A DNA stretch of 32,000 nucleotides. It comes from Vibrio alginolyticus NBRC 15630 = ATCC 17749. GTDB taxonomy: Bacteria > Pseudomonadota > Gammaproteobacteria > Enterobacterales > Vibrionaceae. The notes beneath the pieces are model-generated. The model ran no database searches, was not told the DNA's origin, and saw only the letters and a list, made by a program, of their open reading frames with translations. The position numbers were made by a program, and so were the translations under genes. Shown one piece after another: positions 26,063-32,000 of the stretch; the first letter of the stretch is position 1; the number at the start of each line of letters is the position of its first letter. Location: assembly GCF_000354175.2 (NCBI RefSeq), contig NC_022359.1, forward strand, positions 1,200,001-1,232,000, written 5' to 3'.

Positions 26063-26524
26063 TTATCGAGGTTTATAGACTCCAACCTTTGGCTTAAATG
26101 CCTTAACTATTCGGTTCCAACTATTGATCGCGTTGATCGCAATTGTTAGGTTGACCATAGCTTCTTCTCCAAAGGTATTCAAGGTCAGCTGATAGGTATC
26201 ATCATCTACTGGTAGGCCAGCAGTTAGTAATTCAGCCCAGCCAAGCGCAACGTGTTCTGCATCGCTGTAGAATGGCATATCTTTCCATGCACTAAGCCCC
26301 CATATGCGTTCCGGCTTTTCACCTAACTTAAGCGCATCTTTACTATGCATGTCGATACAAAATGCACATTGATTGATTTGCGATATGCGTAACTTAACCA
26401 GTTCCCATATGATCATGTTCATAGTTTCTGATTGGCTAAATTGTTCATGGAAGTAAGCTTCCTGAGCGTATAGGATTTCTATTGCTTTTGGCGCTACTTC
26501 AATATAGTTGAGTCGTTTTTTCAT
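26063..26524 (-). CDS. Carboxymuconolactone decarboxylase / AhpD-like family protein
   Basis: The CxxC-type motif QCAFCIDMH sits in an AhpD-like helical context. AGGAGA lies 6 nt before the second ATG (26524). Confidence 0.75.
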   Translation of the reverse strand: MKKRLNYIEVAPKAIEILYAQEAYFHEQFSQSETMNMIIWELVKLRISQINQCAFCIDMHSKDALKLGEKPERIWGLSAWKDMPFYSDAEHVALGWAELLTAGLPVDDDTYQLTLNTFGEEAMVNLTIAINAINSWNRIVKAFKPKVGVYKPR

Positions 26525-26538
26525 GGTCATTCTCCTCT

Positions 26539-26559
26539 GTTTTTTACATAGTAAAAAAC
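26539..26559. promoter_or_regulatory. Perfect 9-bp inverted repeat (gttttttac-ata-gtaaaaaac) abutting the SD of the AhpD-like gene
   Basis: Seen directly. It lies 2 nt from the AGGAGA on the transcribed strand. Confidence 0.3.
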
Positions 26560-26720
26560 GCTCTTAGCAAAAGATTGAAGATTTTCGACATGCACTCAAT
26601 AAAATTAGATAAAAGAGTGAACGACGAAAGCGAAAAGTGTACCTATTGGAAACCAAGAAAACTTATGCCAATTAACAAAGTATTGCTCTAAATAATGCGA
26701 CTTAAGGTTGGCGTCTATTT

Positions 26721-27632
26721 TTACTCCACCACCTTCCGTAAACGAGCAAAAGGTGCTGAGTTACCTATATACACACCAGCCGCAACGATAAAGACGCCTA
26801 AAACATTTTCCCATTGAGCCTGCTCACCAGAAATGAACGAAATCAGTAGAGTGAATACCGGCATAATATTAAATAATGGAGACATCTTATCTGGACCAAG
26901 AACGATAGCGCCTTTCATCCAAAAGTAATAAGCAATCAAAGTTCCAAACAGGCTCATGTAAGCTATTAATGCTAGGTCTTTAAATGTTATGGCATTTAAG
27001 CTACGGCTAAAGTCGCCGTGGTACATCGCTATAGCGACCATTTGAATGGCACCAATACTTAACACCCAACGTAACTGCTGAGTTACTGGGATATGAGATG
27101 TTAAACGCTTCGCTAGAATTGTGTATAAACACCCACTAATTAAAGCAAATAACATGTATAGATCACCAATATTACTATTGCTGCTAATAGAATGAATATT
27201 TCCCCCTGTAATGACGATTACCACTCCACAAAAGCTGATTAGTGCACCTAAAATAGTTTTAACCGAAATGGAAGTTTTGAGAATAAAGCCCGACAACAAG
27301 ATAGTGACAAGTGGTAGGTTTGCCTGAACAACCGCTGCGTTAACTGGGGTAGTAAATCTCATTGCAGAGAAAATAGAGAAGTTTTGGATAGTTACACCCA
27401 CGGTTGCTATAACAAACAACGACAACATACTTTTTCGTGTGAGTTTGGCTCCATATGGAGAGCGTTTAGTACCTCTTATCAGTAAGAGTATTAAAGCTGC
27501 AACGGAAAATCGTAACGTCGCTGAATCCAAAGGAGAGACATCGCTATTAATAGCCTTTATTACGTTAAAGTTACTAGACCAAAAAAAGATAGCGACAACA
27601 ACACCGCACCAAATTGATAAATGCTTAGACAT
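26721..27632 (-). CDS. DMT-superfamily (EamA-type) transporter
   Basis: 303 aa with about 10 TM helices arranged as two EamA-like halves. Confidence 0.8.
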   Translation of the reverse strand: MSKHLSIWCGVVVAIFFWSSNFNVIKAINSDVSPLDSATLRFSVAALILLLIRGTKRSPYGAKLTRKSMLSLFVIATVGVTIQNFSIFSAMRFTTPVNAAVVQANLPLVTILLSGFILKTSISVKTILGALISFCGVVIVITGGNIHSISSNSNIGDLYMLFALISGCLYTILAKRLTSHIPVTQQLRWVLSIGAIQMVAIAMYHGDFSRSLNAITFKDLALIAYMSLFGTLIAYYFWMKGAIVLGPDKMSPLFNIMPVFTLLISFISGEQAQWENVLGVFIVAAGVYIGNSAPFARLRKVVE

Positions 27633-27649
27633 AGATCTTCCTGATAAAA

Positions 27650-27668
27650 ATTAACTTGACGCGATAAT
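27650..27668. promoter_or_regulatory. Candidate LysR-type box (ATTA-N11-TAAT) in the divergent intergenic region
   Basis: attaacttgacgcgataat fits the T-N11-A dyad pattern, between the divergently transcribed DMT and LysR genes. Confidence 0.3.
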
Positions 27669-27725
27669 GCTATATATTTCATATTTGATTTTTAATAGCC
27701 AAATTTAAGAGGGTTAATCCCAAAT

Positions 27726-28631
27726 ATGGAACGTCACTCTTTGGATGATCTTTTGTTATTCGTTTCTGTTGCTCGCTATCAAAGCCTAACACAAGCATCT
27801 GAGCGTCTTAATGTCCCGTTAGCCACGCTAAGCCGGAAGTTAAAAAGGCTGGAAACAAACTTAAATTGCAGACTATTTAACCGCAGTGCACACCACTTTG
27901 CGTTAACAACTGATGGCGAAAAATATTATCAACTCTGTGAGCCGTTACTTCTTAGCTTAAATAATGTGACATCGAGAATTGCGACTGAGCGTCAGTCTTT
28001 AAGCGGAACGATCAAAATATCAGCGCCAATTAACATGACACAGATGTGGTTAAAGCGGTGCGTTTATGAATTTGCAGAGCAACATCCGAAGATATGTATC
28101 GATTTAGATGTACAGAATGAAAAAATCAATCTTGTATCTAACCGTGTCGATGTTAGTTTTCGTCTTGGTGATCTTATTGAACAAGACTGGATTGCTCAGA
28201 AATTATGGTCGATTCCATTTGCGCTTTGTGCATCACGAAGCTATTTAGAACAACACCAACCGATTACCCATCCAGAACAACTTGTTCATCATCGCCTAAT
28301 TACGGTAAACAACGACAGCCAATGGAAATTAGTTAATCAAATCACCAATGAAACATTTGATCATCCGCTAAAGTTTCAATTCACTTCAAATGATGTACTG
28401 CTAGTTAGAGACGCCGTCATCCATGGTTTAGGAATTGCGTGGATTCCAACCTATTACTTTCATGAGCTAAATCATGATCAACATAACCTGCTGCCTTTGT
28501 TGCCAGAATGGCAATGCTCGGGTAAAGAAGTATTCATTATGTATCGAGACCGCGATAAAAGGCCTGCAAGAGTTGATGCATTTATTGAACATGTCTTAAA
28601 TTGGAAAAATCGCATTCAAATGTTTGCTTGA
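27726..28631 (+). CDS. LysR-family transcriptional regulator
   Basis: N-terminal wHTH LLLFVSVARYQSLTQASERLNVPLATLSRKLKRLE, followed by a LysR substrate-binding domain. Confidence 0.88.
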   Translation: MERHSLDDLLLFVSVARYQSLTQASERLNVPLATLSRKLKRLETNLNCRLFNRSAHHFALTTDGEKYYQLCEPLLLSLNNVTSRIATERQSLSGTIKISAPINMTQMWLKRCVYEFAEQHPKICIDLDVQNEKINLVSNRVDVSFRLGDLIEQDWIAQKLWSIPFALCASRSYLEQHQPITHPEQLVHHRLITVNNDSQWKLVNQITNETFDHPLKFQFTSNDVLLVRDAVIHGLGIAWIPTYYFHELNHDQHNLLPLLPEWQCSGKEVFIMYRDRDKRPARVDAFIEHVLNWKNRIQMFA

Positions 28632-28664
28632 AAGAGGTTTATCACATTGTGCTGTGCCGGTAAC

Positions 28665-28699
28665 CTCAATTGAAGCTTCATGACTCTGCTTCAATTGAG
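28665..28699 (+). terminator. Hairpin downstream of the LysR gene
   Basis: ctcaattgaagc / gcttcaattgag is a perfect 12-bp stem with an 11-nt loop, followed by ttcatttattt. Confidence 0.45.
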
Positions 28700-28885
28700 T
28701 TCATTTATTTAACCTCTAAAAGAATCATGAATACATAGGCAGTTAATGGGATTCGAGTTTACAAGTGATTCGGTCAGCTAAAACTAAAGCTAAGTAGAAA
28801 GTATTTGCAGTTGTATTTGCGTCTGAAAATCGTTTAGAGCTTTCTCATCCGCGAGGTTCTATAAGAAATTATTAAGGATATATTT

Positions 28886-29725
28886 GTGTGTGATTTCGTG
28901 AAAAAAATTGTTGTAGGTTTACTTTTAAGTGCTTCGTCTTTTGCTTCTTTAAGTCAATATGTTCCAGCAATGAATGATAAGAACGGTTATGTAGAACCAT
29001 TTCAAATGTTTGATAATGTCTATTATGTAGGAGACAAGTGGGTCTCATCATATGCCATTGCTACAGACGACGGACTGGTTATCATTGATACGCTTGATTT
29101 CCCTTACTCTGAGTGGATACCTATCAACCTAGAAAAGCTAGGGCTAAAAGATAAGCCAATAACGCACATATTGGTAACTCATGGGCATTCTGACCATGTT
29201 GGAGGCGCCCAGTTACTTCAAGAGAAGTATGGTTCCAAAGTTGTGATGACCAAAAGCGCTCATGAACTATCTATACAGCAATCAAACAAAAGCGAAGGTG
29301 AGAACAAGTTCCTTCCTCCAAATTTAGACATAGAGATAAAAAGCGATAGCTCTATGGCTATTGGTGGACATGAGTTTAAGTTCTATCTCACACCTGGCCA
29401 CACGGAAGGTGATTATTCCTTAGACTTCGCTGTTGAAGATAATGGCGAACAATATCGTGCTTTTATCGTTGGTGGGCATAGCGTAAGTAGCAATGATCCA
29501 GAAGTTATTGGCCAGTTCCTGACTAGCATGGAGAAAATTAGAAAAATTTCACTACAGGCACCTATTGTGAACGTTAACCTTTCGAACCATCCACATAAAA
29601 ATTTCCTTTTTGAAAATAGGAAGAAGCTCGGCACAAGCGGTAACCCGTTTATCAGTGAGGCAAACTTCTTCATGTTCCTTAAGCAACAAGAAGATTTAGC
29701 TAAGGGAAAACTAGAAGAACTATAA
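28886..29725 (+). CDS. Periplasmic MBL-fold metallo-hydrolase, subclass B3 beta-lactamase-like
   Basis: Signal peptide present. PFQMFDNVYYVGD...IIDT...VTHGHSDHVGG (HxHxDH), LTPGHTEGD and LSNHPH are collinear with L1/FEZ-1-type B3 enzymes, recalled from memory. The start is GTG at either 28886 or 28901. Confidence 0.75.
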   Translation: MCDFVKKIVVGLLLSASSFASLSQYVPAMNDKNGYVEPFQMFDNVYYVGDKWVSSYAIATDDGLVIIDTLDFPYSEWIPINLEKLGLKDKPITHILVTHGHSDHVGGAQLLQEKYGSKVVMTKSAHELSIQQSNKSEGENKFLPPNLDIEIKSDSSMAIGGHEFKFYLTPGHTEGDYSLDFAVEDNGEQYRAFIVGGHSVSSNDPEVIGQFLTSMEKIRKISLQAPIVNVNLSNHPHKNFLFENRKKLGTSGNPFISEANFFMFLKQQEDLAKGKLEEL

Positions 29726-29975
29726 TACCATGGTATACGAGCAGCCTTCGTTATTAGGTTAGAGGTTTACTCTTGAGTTATAGCTAAGGCTTTAATAAGT
29801 TGCTCAATCAAGATTCGACACTGGTGGCAGCTATATTGTTTGTCGGTTCTAGTGACAAAGGCGCTGTGCGTAAACATTCGTATTGTGTGCCTTAAACCTT
29901 TGCAAGGCGTTACGTGCTTTCTGGAAAAGTCTCAAAATAGCGTACAATTAGCGTTTTGACACAGCGGAAATCATC

Positions 29976-30377
29976 ATGGCCAAAACTGTTCAGCAGCAAA
30001 TCGGAAACATTGCTCTAGTCGTTGAAAATTACGACGATGCTATCGAGTTCTATACTCAAAAACTTCAATTCACTCTGGTTGAAGATACCAACCTAGGTGG
30101 TGGTAAACGCTGGGTTCAAGTTTCTCCTCCAAACTCCAATGGTACAAACCTACTTTTAGCTCAAGCGAGTACACCGGAGCAAACGCATGCAGTAGGAAAT
30201 CAAACAGGTGGTCGTGTTTTCCTGTTTCTGCAAACTAATGATTTTTGGCGTGACTACGAGTTGATGAAGAAAAATGGTGTTGTATTTAATGAAGAGCCTC
30301 GTGTGGAAGAATACGGGACAGTGGTGGTGTTCCAAGATCTCTATGGTAATAAATGGGACTTACTGCAACTGAACTAG
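29976..30377 (+). CDS. VOC-family (glyoxalase/bleomycin-resistance fold) protein
   Basis: 133 aa. IGNIALVVENYDDAIEFYTQKLQFTL...FQDLYGNKWDLLQ fits the paired beta-alpha-beta-beta-beta pattern. Confidence 0.75.
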   Translation: MAKTVQQQIGNIALVVENYDDAIEFYTQKLQFTLVEDTNLGGGKRWVQVSPPNSNGTNLLLAQASTPEQTHAVGNQTGGRVFLFLQTNDFWRDYELMKKNGVVFNEEPRVEEYGTVVVFQDLYGNKWDLLQLN

Positions 30378-30560
30378 AAACTACATAGCACCTGCATAGC
30401 ATAGTGTTCATGAGGAGTTTCCAACAAGCCTTTAAGGCTCTGAGATATTAGTGCTAATTCAAAGGTTCTCAGAAGTTACTGTATTTCTAAATCACTTTTG
30501 TGCAAACAATAACTAGCCATCATTCCTTCTCGATGTATCAACAAGTGTTAGGGCGGCACA

Positions 30561-30597
30561 CCAAAAACAAAAAGGCGAACCAAACGGTTCGCCTTTG
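30561..30597 (-). terminator. Rho-independent terminator of gcvP
   Basis: On the minus strand, caaaggcgaacc-gttt-ggttcgccttt is followed by tttgttttt. Confidence 0.7.
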
Positions 30598-30618
30598 TCG
30601 ATTTAGAGACTACAAAAA

Positions 30619-32000
30619 TTAATCTTCGTAGTTATCGATGCTTGGGCATGAACAGATTAGGTTACGGTCACCGTATACGTTATCCACGCGATTTACCGTT
30701 GGCCAGTACTTCCAAGATTTGGTCGCTTTAGACGGGAAGCAGCCAATCTCGCGAGAGTAAGGGCGGTCCCAATCTTCAGCTGAAAGATCAACTTGTGTGT
30801 GTGGCGCGTTAACAAGTGGGTTGTTATCCAGTGGCCATTCACCGTTTTTCACTTTCTCCATTTCTTCGCGGATAGCGATCATCGCATCACAGAAGCGGTC
30901 CAGCTCTTCTAGATCTTCCGATTCCGTTGGCTCAACCATTAGCGTGCCCGCTACAGGGAACGACATAGTTGGTGCGTGGAAACCGTAGTCCATTAGACGC
31001 TTCGCGATGTCTTCTTCGCTGATACCTGTTTCTTCTTTCAGCGGACGAATGTCGATAATACATTCGTGCGCTACGCGGCCATTTTTGCCACGGTAAAGAA
31101 CAGGGTAGTGTTGGCGAAGTGTTTCCATCACGTAGTTTGCGTTCAGAATTGCTACTTTTGTAGCATCTGTTAAGCCAGCTTCGCCCATCATTGCGATGTA
31201 AGCCCAAGAGATAGGCAGGATAGAAGCGCTACCCATATCTGCTGCTGATACTGCGAAATCTGCGCCTTCTACACCGTCTTCAATATGCCCTGGTAAGAAA
31301 GGAGCTAGGTGAGATTTCACACCGATAGGACCCATACCCGGACCGCCACCACCGTGCGGGATGCAGAAGGTTTTGTGTAGGTTTAGGTGAGAAACGTCTG
31401 AACCGATGAAGCCTGGTGATGTTAGACCAACCTGCGCGTTCATGTTAGCGCCGTCTAGGTAAACCTGACCACCAGCGGCATGAACCATTTCACACACTTC
31501 TTTCACTTTCTCTTCGTAAACGCCGTGCGTAGAAGGGTAAGTGATCATAATGCTTGATAGGTTGTCTTTGTGTTTCTCGATTTTCGCTGCTAGGTCGTCG
31601 ATGTCGATGTTGCCTTCTTCATCACACTTAACCACAACCACTTTCATTGACACCATAGATGCTGTCGCAGGGTTAGTACCGTGCGCAGAGCTTGGGATCA
31701 AACATACGTTGCGGTGACCTTCGCCACGGCTTTCGTGGTAGCGTTGAATCGCGATAAGACCTGCGTACTCACCCGATGCACCAGAGTTTGGTTGTAGTGA
31801 GAATGCGTCATAGCCAGTGATTTCACATAGCTTTTCTTTAAGGTCTTTTGCGAGTGCAGCGTAACCAGCTGCTTGTTCTGCTGGTGCGAACGGGTGGATC
31901 GAACCAAACTCAGGCCAAGTTACTGGAATCATCTCTGCTGCTGCGTTCAGCTTCATCGTACAGCTGCCCAGTGGGATCATGCCGTGCGTGAGTGAGAAGT
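30619..32000 (-). CDS. gcvP: Glycine dehydrogenase (decarboxylating), P-protein of the glycine cleavage system, C-terminal part (5' end outside the window)
   Basis: The frame stays open to the window edge (...[23 protein letters not shown]...). The PLP-Lys context is [18 protein letters not shown]. Confidence 0.92.
   Translation of the reverse strand, partial: FSLTHGMIPLGSCTMKLNAAAEMIPVTWPEFGSIHPFAPAEQAAGYAALAKDLKEKLCEITGYDAFSLQPNSGASGEYAGLIAIQRYHESRGEGHRNVCLIPSSAHGTNPATASMVSMKVVVVKCDEEGNIDIDDLAAKIEKHKDNLSSIMITYPSTHGVYEEKVKEVCEMVHAAGGQVYLDGANMNAQVGLTSPGFIGSDVSHLNLHKTFCIPHGGGGPGMGPIGVKSHLAPFLPGHIEDGVEGADFAVSAADMGSASILPISWAYIAMMGEAGLTDATKVAILNANYVMETLRQHYPVLYRGKNGRVAHECIIDIRPLKEETGISEEDIAKRLMDYGFHAPTMSFPVAGTLMVEPTESEDLEELDRFCDAMIAIREEMEKVKNGEWPLDNNPLVNAPHTQVDLSAEDWDRPYSREIGCFPSKATKSWKYWPTVNRVDNVYGDRNLICSCPSIDNYED

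Noticed and set aside
29726-29975. Integron attC / Vibrio superintegron repeat (VCR-like) or other cassette boundary between the MBL and VOC genes
   Set aside because: There is no GTTRRRY core site pair and no extended imperfect dyad of attC type. Only short 5-6-bp hairpins and a 12-nt ataccatggtat palindrome are present.

Overview
This 32-kb window reads as gammaproteobacterial, most likely Vibrio-type, chromosomal DNA; that call rests on gene content and the recurring AAGGCGA..TCGCCTT terminator hairpins. It is bounded by two truncated housekeeping genes: the 3' end of katG (1-581, +) and the 3' part of gcvP (30619-32000, -).

Between them are about 35 mostly single-gene units:
- a RES/Xre toxin-antitoxin pair
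- an OafA-like acyltransferase
- a gloA-nemA electrophile-detoxification operon
- mgtE, a second-copy-type def, pldA, and an ABCB-type exporter
- several regulator/target pairs (MerR-DUF2938, AraC with an AhpD-like gene, LysR with DMT and a B3-like metallo-beta-lactamase-fold protein)

No rRNA, tRNA, CRISPR array or intact mobile element was seen.

The most unusual part is 21.3-25.2 kb. Two roughly 95%-identical tandem copies of a 1.07-kb unit lie there, each carrying a 286-aa uncharacterised cytoplasmic protein plus about 163 bp of its own upstream DNA.
- The copies are separated by a stub gene that runs into the left end of an IS903-group (IS5-family) element, truncated after about 118 bp.
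- Amino-acid replacements between the paralogues fall almost entirely in the N-terminal half, while synonymous changes are evenly spread.
- Small orphan ORFs follow the second copy.

I read this as a candidate orphan immunity-type or specificity gene array of unknown function. That is a hypothesis only: I cannot assign the family from sequence alone, and no cognate toxin/effector gene lies in the window. All other findings are lower-interest regulatory or structural observations.
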